DNA of 61,604 nucleotides, taken from NCBI GenBank assembly GCA_016779505.1, contig JADHNM010000001.1:1-61604 (forward strand), in the 5' to 3' direction. The notes under the pieces are model-generated. The model saw only the letters and a list, made by a program, of their open reading frames with translations, was not told where the DNA came from and searched no databases. The DNA comes from SAR86 cluster bacterium. Its GTDB lineage: Bacteria > Pseudomonadota > Gammaproteobacteria > Magnimaribacterales > D2472. The position numbers and the translations under genes were made by a program. This document shows, one piece after another, positions 9,031-21,069 of this stretch. The stretch's first letter is position 1; the number at the start of each line of letters is the position of its first letter.

Positions 9031-10311
9031 ATGTTCTGGTCTAAGATTTTTTTGCCTACTTTAAAAGATTCACCTCAAGATGCGGAGGTTATAAGTCATA
9101 AATTAATGCTAAGGTCTGGAATGATACGAAGGGTTACATCCGGAATATACACTTGGCTTCCTCTTGGTTTAAGAGTATTACGAAAAGTTGAAAATATTGT
9201 TCGCGAAGAAATGAACGCCTCTGGAGCACAAGAAGTTCTGATGCCGATGGTTCAGCCAAGAGAGCTGTGGGAAGAAACTCAAAGATGGGAAAAAATGGGA
9301 CCAGAACTATTACGAATTCAGGATAGACATGGAAGAGATTTCTGCCTTGGGCCTACACATGAAGAGGTAATTACGGACTTAATAAGAAATAATATTAAAA
9401 GTTATAAAGAATTGCCCCTTAACCTTTATCAAATCCAAACTAAATTTAGAGATGAAGTCAGACCAAGATATGGCGTCATGCGAGGAAGAGAATTCCTTAT
9501 GAAAGATTCATATAGCTTCAATCTGGACGAAGAGTCGTTGGCTGAATCATATCTTTTAATAAAAAATACGTATAAAAAAATTATCAATAGATTGGGGCTT
9601 AAATTTAAAATTGTCAAAGCAGATTCAGGAGCAATTGGCGGAGATACATCAGAAGAATTTCATATTTTGGCCGAAAATGGTGAAGATACAATTGCAGTAA
9701 GCGACTCCTCTGATTTTGCTATCAATACTGAGCTCTTGTTGAAAGATGGAGAAGATTTGGAATCTTTCCAGGGTAAGCCATCACCAGATGGGGAAGGTGT
9801 AATTGAAATTAAAAAAGGGATTGAAATTGGCCATATTTTTCAACTTGGAAGAGTCTATACAGATGCAATGAATGTCAATGTTCTAGATCAAAAAGGCAAG
9901 GCAAGAAATCTTTTTATGGGTTGCTATGGAATTGGTGTGTCTAGACTTGTCGCGGCAGCTATTGAGCAAAATAATGATGACAAAGGAATTATCTGGCCAG
10001 ATGCTATCGCTCCATATGAGGTGAATATAGTAGCTATAGGTTTTGATAAGGATGAAGAGATAGCAAAAGCTGCTATGGATTTATACAACCAATTATCATC
10101 TATGGGTTATGAAGTAATGCTTGATGATAGAAAAGATGGTTATGGAACTAAAATGAAAGATGCTGAATTAATTGGCATACCAATGAATGTAATTATTGGC
10201 AAACAATACCTGCAAAATAATGAAATAGAGCTTAAACACAGAGATGGTCAAAGCTCTACTGGAAAAGTTGAAGATATTTTAACTATCTTTGAGCACTACA
10301 AAAGTAGTTAA
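9031..10311 (+). CDS. proS: Proline--tRNA ligase, short form lacking the INS editing domain
   Basis: Nearly collinear with E. coli ProRS ([74 protein letters not shown]). It is only 426 aa. The segment between AINTEL and GKPSPDGEG is about 15 aa. Confidence 0.95.
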   Translation: MFWSKIFLPTLKDSPQDAEVISHKLMLRSGMIRRVTSGIYTWLPLGLRVLRKVENIVREEMNASGAQEVLMPMVQPRELWEETQRWEKMGPELLRIQDRHGRDFCLGPTHEEVITDLIRNNIKSYKELPLNLYQIQTKFRDEVRPRYGVMRGREFLMKDSYSFNLDEESLAESYLLIKNTYKKIINRLGLKFKIVKADSGAIGGDTSEEFHILAENGEDTIAVSDSSDFAINTELLLKDGEDLESFQGKPSPDGEGVIEIKKGIEIGHIFQLGRVYTDAMNVNVLDQKGKARNLFMGCYGIGVSRLVAAAIEQNNDDKGIIWPDAIAPYEVNIVAIGFDKDEEIAKAAMDLYNQLSSMGYEVMLDDRKDGYGTKMKDAELIGIPMNVIIGKQYLQNNEIELKHRDGQSSTGKVEDILTIFEHYKSS

Positions 10312-11490
10312 TTAAATTCTTTCAATAATTGTTGCATTGGCAGTACCGCCACCCTCACAAATTGCTTGAAGGCCATACTTACCATTTGTTCTTTCAAGTT
10401 CATGAAGCAATGTTGTCATCAATTTTGCTCCAGTTGCTCCCAAGGGATGCCCTAATGCCATTGCTCCCCCATTAACATTTAATTTTGCCATGTCAGCTTT
10501 CAGCTCAATAGCCCAAGAGAGAGGGACGGGAGCAAATGCTTCATTAACCTCATAAAGATCAATATCATTGATATTTAAATTTGTAGCTCTCAACACTTTA
10601 TGAGAAGCCGGTATTGGGCCACCCAGCATCATTATCGGGTCATCACCGACAACACTTATGCCAACAATCCTTGCTCTTGGATCTGCTTTTACTTTTTTAA
10701 GCCCCTCATCATTACAAATCATTAGTGCAGCTGCACCATCTGTAATTTGGCTAGCGTTACCAGCAGTAATGACACCGCCTTCAGTAACTGGGTTTAATCC
10801 TGAAAGTGCTTCAAGGCTTGCGTCGTACCTAATCCCTTCATCATTTAGCACCATATCATTCTTACCTTCAGCATTTTTTGCTTGAACAGGAAGGATCTCT
10901 CTATCAAAATACTTACCCTCAACTGCTGCTGCTGCTTTTTGATGACTGCTTAAAGCAAATCTATCAAGATCTTCTCTTGATAGATTCCATTTTTCTGCCA
11001 TCAGTTCTGCTCCAGTGAATTGAGAGAAGAAAATACCAGGATATCTATTCTTCATTCCATCAGAGTCAAATGGTAAACCGTGACCTGCCTCATAACCATC
11101 TTTTATGCTTGCTCCTATTGGCACCATAGACATAACCTCTACGCCTCCTCCAATAACAACATCCTGGGTGCCAGACATAACGGCTTGAATTGCAAAGTGA
11201 ATAGCTTGCTGTGATGATCCGCATTGACGATCTACTGATGTGCCTGGAACTGATTCAGGGAGACTTGAAGAAAGGATTGCATTTCTAGCAACGTTACCAG
11301 ATTGTGCACCTACTTGGTCAACACAACCAAAGATAACATCATCGATTAATTCTGGGTTAATTCCAGATTGACGAACTAACTCGTCAAGAACTTTTGCACC
11401 AAGATCGGCTGGATGCCATTGACTCAGGCTTCCATTTTTCTTTCCTCCAGGCGTTCTAACTGCTGAAACAATATATGCATTTTTTGACAT
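10312..11490 (-). CDS. Acetyl-CoA C-acetyltransferase (thiolase)
   Basis: Thiolase motifs VDRQCGSSQQAI, NVNGGAMALGHPLGATG and CEGGGTANA. The start is set at MSKNAYIVSA because AGGAGA lies just upstream. The longest ORF extends to 11523. Confidence 0.9.
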   Translation of the reverse strand: MSKNAYIVSAVRTPGGKKNGSLSQWHPADLGAKVLDELVRQSGINPELIDDVIFGCVDQVGAQSGNVARNAILSSSLPESVPGTSVDRQCGSSQQAIHFAIQAVMSGTQDVVIGGGVEVMSMVPIGASIKDGYEAGHGLPFDSDGMKNRYPGIFFSQFTGAELMAEKWNLSREDLDRFALSSHQKAAAAVEGKYFDREILPVQAKNAEGKNDMVLNDEGIRYDASLEALSGLNPVTEGGVITAGNASQITDGAAALMICNDEGLKKVKADPRARIVGISVVGDDPIMMLGGPIPASHKVLRATNLNINDIDLYEVNEAFAPVPLSWAIELKADMAKLNVNGGAMALGHPLGATGAKLMTTLLHELERTNGKYGLQAICEGGGTANATIIERI

Positions 11491-11554
11491 GACTCTCTCC
11501 TGTATTGAGAGTATCTTAATCAATTTTAAGGCTGCATAACAAGTTTAAAAATAA

Positions 11555-12562
11555 TTATTTCTTTTTAGAATTTTTAATAGAAGGTATATATGCCTTTCTG
11601 ATCTCCTTAACTAAGGCATCTCTGATTTTGGTATTCTCTTTTAGAAACTTGCTAGCATTAACCTTTCCTTGGCCAATTTTTTCTCCATTATGACTATACC
11701 AAGATCCAGATTTTTCAACTAACTCTAGTTTTTGACCAAGCTCTAAAATCTCACCCTCTGTATTAATTCCCTCTCCATACATGATTTGAAACTCAGCTTG
11801 CTTGAATGGTGGTGCCACTTTATTTTTAACAACTTTTACACGAGTTTCGTTTCCAACAACCTCCTCACCCTCTTTGACGGCACCTATGCGTCTGATATCT
11901 AGGCGAACTGAGGAGTAGAATTTCAAGGCATTTCCTCCAGTAGTTGTTTCAGGATTACCAAACATAACCCCGATCTTCATTCTTATTTGGTTAATAAAAA
12001 TTACCATTGCATTAGAGCGTTGAATATTACCTGTAATTTTTCTCAGAGCTTGTGACATCAAACGAGCCTGAAGACCCATATGATGATCTCCCATATCCCC
12101 TTCAATTTCAGCTCTGGGAGTTAGGGCTGCCACAGAGTCCACAACAATTAAATCTACACTGCCGGATTTTACAAGCATATCAGTTACTTCCAATGCTTGT
12201 TCACCGGTATCTGGTTGAGAAAGTAGAAGCTCGTCTACATTCACACCCAGTTTTTCAGCATAATTTGGATCAAGTGCATGCTCAGCATCAATGAAAGCTG
12301 CAGTGCCACCAGCTTTTTGACATTCAGCAATAGCTTGAAGTGTTAATGTTGTTTTACCAGATGATTCTGGTCCAAAAATCTCTACAACCCTTCCCTTGGG
12401 AAGACCGCCTATACCTAGCGCTATATCTAAGCCTAGCGAACCAGTAGAAACTGATGGCATATCTACAATTTCTCTATCTCCCATTTTCATAACAGTTCCT
12501 TTACCAAACTGTTTTTCAATTTGGGATAAGGTCTCGTTTAGGTTTTTAACTTTATCTGACAT
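11555..12562 (-). CDS. recA: Recombinase RecA
   Basis: Motifs [17 protein letters not shown] and [28 protein letters not shown]. The start is set at MSDKVKN, which has GGAGA 5 nt upstream. The longest ORF extends to 12574. Confidence 0.97.
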   Translation of the reverse strand: MSDKVKNLNETLSQIEKQFGKGTVMKMGDREIVDMPSVSTGSLGLDIALGIGGLPKGRVVEIFGPESSGKTTLTLQAIAECQKAGGTAAFIDAEHALDPNYAEKLGVNVDELLLSQPDTGEQALEVTDMLVKSGSVDLIVVDSVAALTPRAEIEGDMGDHHMGLQARLMSQALRKITGNIQRSNAMVIFINQIRMKIGVMFGNPETTTGGNALKFYSSVRLDIRRIGAVKEGEEVVGNETRVKVVKNKVAPPFKQAEFQIMYGEGINTEGEILELGQKLELVEKSGSWYSHNGEKIGQGKVNASKFLKENTKIRDALVKEIRKAYIPSIKNSKKK

Positions 12563-12574
12563 GATGATCTCCAT

Positions 12575-12594
12575 TACTGTATATTTATACAGTA
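12575..12594 (-). promoter_or_regulatory. LexA (SOS) box upstream of recA
   Basis: TACTGTATATTTATACAGTA fits CTGT-N8-ACAG (TACTG-N10-CAGTA). It lies 13 nt upstream of the preferred recA ATG and next to TATTAT/TATAAT-like hexamers. Confidence 0.8.
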
Positions 12595-12701
12595 TAATAT
12601 AAAATTAGTAAAAGTAAATTAAATATTATCAAATTCATGCTGACTTGTTCATAAGTCATTGTTAAAATCTTTTTTAATCTAAATTTTCAAACAAAACAAT
12701 A

Positions 12702-13025
12702 ATGGCATTCATAGTTACTGAATCATGTATTAAGTGTAAACATACAGATTGCGTTGAAGTCTGCCCTGTTGATTGTTTTTATGAGGGTCCTAACTTTCTT
12801 GTTATCCATCCTGAAGAATGCATTGACTGCGCATTATGTGAGCCAGAATGCCCAGTAGAAGCAATTTTCTCTGAGGATGAGCTGCCTTCTGATCAGATAG
12901 AGTTTATTGAAATTAATGCAGAATTAAGTGAAATTTGGCCAAATATTACAGAAGAAAAAGATGAGCTGCCTGAAGCCAAAGAATATGCACAAATCAAAGA
13001 AAAAAAGCATCTTCTTGAAAAGTAA
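12702..13025 (+). CDS. fdxA: 7Fe ferredoxin (Azotobacter/Pseudomonas FdxA type)
   Basis: [55 protein letters not shown] gives the [3Fe-4S][4Fe-4S] cysteine pattern. Confidence 0.93.
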   Translation: MAFIVTESCIKCKHTDCVEVCPVDCFYEGPNFLVIHPEECIDCALCEPECPVEAIFSEDELPSDQIEFIEINAELSEIWPNITEEKDELPEAKEYAQIKEKKHLLEK

Positions 13026-13040
13026 GAAAAGTTTTAATAT

Positions 13041-13691
13041 TTAAAAAAGAGAGTTTAATTTTTCAGCTGTAATCGGCTTTCCATTTTTTCTCAACTGAAA
13101 CCGTAGCATTGGATCTGCTGCCTCTGAATTACCAAGTTGAGCTATCATAGTGCCTTTCACCACGTCATCACCTCGCTGAACAAATATTTTATCGCAATGC
13201 GCGTACAAACTTAAATAACCATCCGGATGAGAAATCATAACTAAATTTCCGTAACCAGGAATATCTGGTCCAGAAACCACCACCTTCCCACTATGAATAG
13301 AATAAATTGGAACACCTTTAGACTCCTGAAAAATTAGCCAAGATTTATCTTTAACAGGTATTGTTGGATTCTCTCCCAGAGGATGATGCCATTTAATAAG
13401 TTGAGATGGTTTTTTTGTAATGTTTTTAGCAAGCGCCCCTGTGAGAAGCAATTCTTGATTTGGATAAATAATATATGGTTTTTCTAAATTATTATTTAGA
13501 ATCAATAGCTCTGCATCCAAATTGAAATTTATTGCAATAGACCAAATAGAATCTCCAGGCTTAACAACATAAGTTTTATCAGAAGAAGGAGGTAAAACAT
13601 TTTCATAGGACTGCTTTAATGAATTCAAGGTGGAGCAACCTGAAATAATTAAAACTAAAATAATTAAGATTATTGAATTAAATTTGATCAT
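13041..13691 (-). CDS. nlpD: NlpD-like lipoprotein: LysM plus a degenerate LytM (M23) domain, a likely amidase activator
   Basis: Lipobox ISGC. LysM motif YVVKPGDSIWSIA. The M23-like C-terminus reads PMLRFQLRKNGKPI where active enzymes have PHLHFEIR, so the catalytic His residues are lost. Lies downstream of pcm as in other gammaproteobacteria. Confidence 0.85.
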   Translation of the reverse strand: MIKFNSIILIILVLIISGCSTLNSLKQSYENVLPPSSDKTYVVKPGDSIWSIAINFNLDAELLILNNNLEKPYIIYPNQELLLTGALAKNITKKPSQLIKWHHPLGENPTIPVKDKSWLIFQESKGVPIYSIHSGKVVVSGPDIPGYGNLVMISHPDGYLSLYAHCDKIFVQRGDDVVKGTMIAQLGNSEAADPMLRFQLRKNGKPITAEKLNSLF

Positions 13692-14416
13692 AGTAAAAAG
13701 ATACCTGATGAAAGTATAAGACCTGAAAAAATATACATTAGATTTCGCTCATTAGATGAATATATTGATAAAACCAACTTTGGTAAAAGCAAGAGAGAAA
13801 TGAAACAGCCCAATGCAAATGGAGCCAATAAATTTAAATTAAATGTTGCGATGGCTTGAATAATAGGGCCGTATACTCCCAAAACTACCAACATAGCACT
13901 GCCTGAAATACCGGGTATTAGAAAAAATGAAAAAGCCAATATTCCACTCAAGAATAAATATGGCATAGAAATATTTGCTGAGCCAGTATTCAAACCTTGC
14001 AAAAGAAATCCAATACTTATGCCCAAAAATAAAAATAAAAATAGTTTCTTGTCTATGAGTGCATCTTTAAAAGATTGAACGATGTAAATAGACAAAGCTA
14101 TCATTAATAAACCCAGAGATAATAAAAATATTTGTTCATAGTTATTTAGTAGGAAATTGATACCTTTTGAACAAAAAATGATGGCAATAATCATTGAAGA
14201 AATTAAAGGCAACGAAACATTAAATTGAAATGTTTGCGCAAGAGATGAAAGGTTTAAGGTTAAATTTTTTATTCTTAAGTTGCTTAAAATTTTCATTAAG
14301 TTTGGATAAATCTTAAAGATTACAGCAACAGTGGCTCCAGAAATGCCTGGTATTAGCTCTGCAACTCCCATGCAAAATCCAGCCAATGAGTATTTGATTT
14401 GATTATTCATCCTCAC
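13688..14416 (-). CDS. DUF368 family membrane protein (PopT-like candidate undecaprenyl-phosphate translocase)
   Basis: Polytopic protein with two copies of the (L)IPGISG(A/S) motif (ELIPGISGATVAV and LIPGISGSAMLVV), typical of DUF368. It overlaps pcm and nlpD by 4 nt each. Confidence 0.75.
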   Translation of the reverse strand: MRMNNQIKYSLAGFCMGVAELIPGISGATVAVIFKIYPNLMKILSNLRIKNLTLNLSSLAQTFQFNVSLPLISSMIIAIIFCSKGINFLLNNYEQIFLLSLGLLMIALSIYIVQSFKDALIDKKLFLFLFLGISIGFLLQGLNTGSANISMPYLFLSGILAFSFFLIPGISGSAMLVVLGVYGPIIQAIATFNLNLLAPFALGCFISLLLLPKLVLSIYSSNERNLMYIFSGLILSSGIFLL

Positions 14417-15090
14417 ACTTCTCCATTGGAAACGCCTGGAAGCATTGGAACAAAAGCAACCTCTTCATGAATCATTTCTTCACTCTCGGTATCACTTTTT
14501 TTAGTTATGACGTAAAGTTTTTGTTGGCCTTCAAGACCGACTGGAATAACAAGCTTTCCTCCAATCTCTAATAACTCCAGCAACTCTTCTGGGTATTGTC
14601 TTGGAGCTGCAGCGCAAATTATTCCATCAAATTTTAAGTCTTCTTCCCAACCATTAAATCCATCTGCATGTTTTACAATGACATTTCTAATTTTTAGATC
14701 ACTTAAATTTTCACGTGATTTTGAAACTAAAGGTTTAATTCTCTCAACTGCAAAGACATCATTTGCAAAGTAAGATAATACAGCTGATTGATAACCGCAG
14801 CCAGATCCTATTTCAAGAACTTGATTCAAGACTTTCCCTCTTTTTGATGTATGAGAAATTAAGTGCTCTGTCATTCGTGCAACGATATATGGCTGAGAAA
14901 TGGTTTGTTTGTAACCAATAGTCAATGCTCTGTTCTCATACGCTCTGCTCCAGAGGGCTTGATCTAAAAAGATATGTCTAGGAACTTGGCTTAAAGCGTC
15001 AAGAACACGAAAATCTGAAATACCCATGTCAAGTAATTGCTGAATCATTTGGTCTTTGACTCTTGTAAATGTAAAGCCGGAGCTACTCAC
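14413..15090 (-). CDS. pcm: Protein-L-isoaspartate O-methyltransferase
   Basis: TISQPYIVARMTE and the SAM motif VLEIGSGCGYQSAVL. Follows surE. Confidence 0.93.
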   Translation of the reverse strand: MSSSGFTFTRVKDQMIQQLLDMGISDFRVLDALSQVPRHIFLDQALWSRAYENRALTIGYKQTISQPYIVARMTEHLISHTSKRGKVLNQVLEIGSGCGYQSAVLSYFANDVFAVERIKPLVSKSRENLSDLKIRNVIVKHADGFNGWEEDLKFDGIICAAAPRQYPEELLELLEIGGKLVIPVGLEGQQKLYVITKKSDTESEEMIHEEVAFVPMLPGVSNGEV

Positions 15091-15832
15091 AATTAAAAAC
15101 CTCCTTGTAAAGGTCCCAGCTAACCAAATCAGTGCTTAAATTGTAATCAAGTATTGAAATAGAAATATAATTCTGTTCAATCGCCTGTATATCTGTTTCA
15201 AATTGGTTAGGTAAAAGAGAACCAGAAGGTCCAAAACTGTAAAATTTAGAAGAATTCTTTGATCTAATTAGATCGGGCTTGTCTGGTGCGCCTCTTTTGC
15301 CCAATGAAGTGATTTTAACTCCTAGAATTTTTGATGGCGGCAAATCAGGAAAATTTACATTCACCAACAAGTTTTGATCTGAGGGAAGTTTAGATACCTG
15401 ATTGGTAATCAATAATGATTGTTCTGCAATAAATTTTAGGTTTTTTGGGTTGTAAGCTGCTACTGAAAAAGCAACAGGAACATAATCCAGTCTTCGACCA
15501 GCAATTGCCGCCCCAACAGTACCGGAATAAAAAATATCTTCTCCTAAATTTGCTCCTAAATTAATTCCTGAAACAATCATTTCAATTGGATCCTGAATCA
15601 CTGATAACAATCCTAGATATGAGCAATCTGCAGGGGTGCCTGAAACCGAAAAAATATTTTCCGAGACTTCCTCAACTTCTATTTCTTTTCGCAGGCTGAT
15701 TGCCGCACTCATTCCGCTACAATTGTCTCGTGGTGCAATTAAAAAAACCTTATGCTCAGTGCTTAAAGCTTGAAACAATTCATTTATGCCAGATGCTTTA
15801 TAGCCATCATCGTTAGTTAGCAAAATATTCAC
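15083..15832 (-). CDS. surE: 5'/3'-nucleotidase SurE
   Basis: Starts MNILLTNDDGY. Contains GINLGANLG and YSGTVGAA. Confidence 0.94.
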   Translation of the reverse strand: MNILLTNDDGYKASGINELFQALSTEHKVFLIAPRDNCSGMSAAISLRKEIEVEEVSENIFSVSGTPADCSYLGLLSVIQDPIEMIVSGINLGANLGEDIFYSGTVGAAIAGRRLDYVPVAFSVAAYNPKNLKFIAEQSLLITNQVSKLPSDQNLLVNVNFPDLPPSKILGVKITSLGKRGAPDKPDLIRSKNSSKFYSFGPSGSLLPNQFETDIQAIEQNYISISILDYNLSTDLVSWDLYKEVFNCE

Positions 15833-17001
15833 TATTTATTCCTTAAAGAAGCAATTGCATACACAGCAATTCCATTACCGTTACCAATTACTCCCATCTT
15901 TTCTGTAGTGGTTGCCTTAACTCCAATGAAACTTTCTTCGATCTTCAAAATTGCTGAAAGAGATTTTTTTATTTGATTTACATAAGGCCCAATTTTTGGT
16001 TGTTCACACACAACAACAAAATCAATATTTCTTGGCCATAAACCGTTTTCTTTTAATAAATCTAATGATTTTTTAATAATTATTAAGCTGCTCAAATTTT
16101 TATTTTTTGGATCGCTATCAGGAAAGTAGTATCCAATATCTCTTAGGCCAGCTGCACCCAATAAAGCATCAGAAATGGCATGCAAAATAATATCTCCATC
16201 TGAATGAGCCACAATGGAAAGTTCACAATCTATAAAAACATTTCCTAAAGTTAAACCACTTCCTGGTTGGAATTGATGAAAATCTATCCCTCTTCCAATT
16301 CGAAGATCTATTCCCCCATAATTATATATATCATCAGTGTAAGTAATTTTAATATTTGATCTTTCTCCAGGCGCAGCTAATAATTTAAAGCCTGCGTGCT
16401 CCATTACCTGAGACTCATCACTCATATGGAGATTTTCTTTCTTCAGCTTGTTAAATGCTGCTTTTAAAGGTTCATGGTAAAAAATTTGAGGGGTTTGCAC
16501 ATGTAAAAATTGATTACGCTTTACTGGAATTAGATTCTCGCCCTCTTTCATACGCAGCGAATCAGTTGCTGGAATTATAGGAAAAATCCCTTCAACAGAT
16601 TGATCATTGATAAATTGAGACAAGAGATCCTCAAAATGATTTTTTCTTAGCCATGGTCTCGCAGCATCGTGAATTACTATGATCTCTATACTTTGATCAA
16701 CTTCTGCTAAGGCATTAAATACTGATTCACTTCTTGTGTTACCTCCTTCCACAATTCTCACTCTTGCATCGTTATAAAAAGATTGTGATTTAACTAAATT
16801 CTCATTTGAATCAATGGCTACTATAACCTCTCTAATACAAGGGATTTCTAAAAATAAATTAACAGATTTTTCTAAAACCGTCTCATCTCCCAAGCTCAAA
16901 AATTGCTTAGGAATTGAACCACCAAAACGACTGCCGTTTCCTGCGGCAGGAATAATAACTGTGATGTTATTCTTGGGGTTCATTGGGTTTAACTTCCTCA
17001 A
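15832..17001 (-). CDS. ispDF: Bifunctional IspD/IspF (MEP cytidylyltransferase fused to MEcPP synthase)
   Basis: The N-terminal half has IIPAAGNGSRFGGSIPKQF and VIHDAARP (IspD). The C-terminal half has RIGRGIDFHQF...AHSDGDIILHAISDALLGAAGLRDIG...ATTTEKMG (IspF). It is one uninterrupted 389-aa ORF. The start may be the internal MNPKNN (16983). Confidence 0.92.
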   Translation of the reverse strand: MRKLNPMNPKNNITVIIPAAGNGSRFGGSIPKQFLSLGDETVLEKSVNLFLEIPCIREVIVAIDSNENLVKSQSFYNDARVRIVEGGNTRSESVFNALAEVDQSIEIIVIHDAARPWLRKNHFEDLLSQFINDQSVEGIFPIIPATDSLRMKEGENLIPVKRNQFLHVQTPQIFYHEPLKAAFNKLKKENLHMSDESQVMEHAGFKLLAAPGERSNIKITYTDDIYNYGGIDLRIGRGIDFHQFQPGSGLTLGNVFIDCELSIVAHSDGDIILHAISDALLGAAGLRDIGYYFPDSDPKNKNLSSLIIIKKSLDLLKENGLWPRNIDFVVVCEQPKIGPYVNQIKKSLSAILKIEESFIGVKATTTEKMGVIGNGNGIAVYAIASLRNK

Positions 17002-17278
17002 ATCTTAGGAAATCTTCATTTTCATATATTAAGTTTAATTCTTCTCTAGCAAACTTTTCTGCATGAGCATCATTCTTTTGTCTGCTTAAAATGCCTGTCT
17101 CCAAAAGATCATTTTCTTTTGCAAGAGTATTATTTTTCAGTAACAGTTCTTGATTTTCATTCTGAAGAGCTAAAAAACTTGTTTTGCTATCAATGCCAAA
17201 AAAAAGATTATATAAAGTCGCAAGAATAAGTATCAGAATAAACAAATTTAAAAATTTAACCAATGACATTTTTGGCAA
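16967..17278 (-). CDS. ftsB: Cell division protein FtsB
   Basis: Small bitopic protein: TM helix, then a leucine-zipper coiled coil, then ARE(E)LNLIYENE. Lies between eno and ispD as in Pseudomonas/E. coli. Confidence 0.85.
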   Translation of the reverse strand: MPKMSLVKFLNLFILILILATLYNLFFGIDSKTSFLALQNENQELLLKNNTLAKENDLLETGILSRQKNDAHAEKFAREELNLIYENEDFLRFEEVKPNEPQE

Positions 17279-18544
17279 AAGTTAAGTCAGGCTGCTCAGC
17301 TTCAATCCATAGCAATCTATTATATTTTGCCACTCTGTCAGATCTACAAGGTGCGCCTGTTTTAATTTGGCCTGTTCCCAAGCCAACGCAAAGATCTGCA
17401 ATGGTGCTATCTTCTGTTTCTCCTGATCTGTGAGAAATAATGGATTTAAACCCATTCTTATTACCCAGATAAATAGTTTTCATGGTTTCTGTAATCGTTC
17501 CAATTTGATTAAATTTAATGAGAATTGAGTTGGCTAAAGAATCATCGATTCCTCGTTGAAGCTCTACTACGTTGGTTACAAATAGATCATCTCCGACCAA
17601 TTGACACTTATCTCCCAAAGCCTTGGTGAGGTTTTTCCATCCCTCAAAATCATTCTCATCCATACCATCTTCTATAGAAAGGATGGGATATTTATCAGTC
17701 AGTTCAGAGAGATAACTAGTGAATTCACTCGAATTAAGTTTTATAGATTCTCCCTGTAGGTTATATGTACCATTTTTATAAAATTCTGAGGCAGCGCAAT
17801 CCAAAGCAATGCCCACATCCTTACCCTCGGTAAGATTATTGTTTTGAATAGCCTGAATGATAAGCTCTATGGCTTCTTGATTGGATTGGAGATTGGGAGC
17901 AAAGCCACCTTCATCACCAACACTGGTGCTCAAACCTTTTGCATTTAAAATACCCTTTAGATCAGAGTATATCTCTGATGCCCATTGCATGGCTTGAGAG
18001 AAATTACTGGCCCCAACAGGCATAATCATAAACTCTTGAATATCAATATTATTATCAGCATGCTCACCGCCATTGATAATATTTAACATTGGGGTTGGCA
18101 TTTGCATCTTTGGCTTTTCACCATTGATATGATCAAAAACTTGATTGATATATTGGTACAAGGGAAGCTCCAATGTTTTCGAGCCTGCATTTAAAACAGC
18201 CAGTGAAACACCCAAAATAGCATTTGCACCCAGTCTTGATTTGGTTGAAGTTCCATCTAAAGCAAGCATTTTTTCATCAATATCTTGTTGATTTGTTACA
18301 TCCATGCCAATCAGTGCAGGGGCAATGATTTCATGAATATTTGCTAGAGCTTTATTTACTCCCTTCCCTAAATAAGCTTCATTGCCATCTCTAAGTTCTA
18401 AAGCCTCTCTTGAACCGGTGGATGCTCCACTGGGAACCATAGAGGTTGCACAAGTACCATTCTCTAATGTGAGCTTACAGGAAACTGTTGGAGTTCCTCT
18501 AGAATCTATGATTTGAATAGCTTGGATAGAGCGAATGACTGACA

Positions 18545-18545
<1 letters not shown>
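17256..18545 (-). CDS. eno: Enolase
   Basis: [25 protein letters not shown] and [16 protein letters not shown]. Confidence 0.97.
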
Positions 18546-21015
<2,470 letters not shown>

Positions 21016-21069
21016 TTAAGTTATGATGGGTAAACAGAATATCAGATTCTGAAGCTAATAAAAACTAAG

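Noticed and set aside
21035-21051. Hairpin cagaat-atcag-attctg between the diiron gene and pyrG as an intrinsic terminator
   Set aside because: It has only a 6-bp AT-rich stem and no following U-tract on the transcribed (minus) strand. That is too weak to call.
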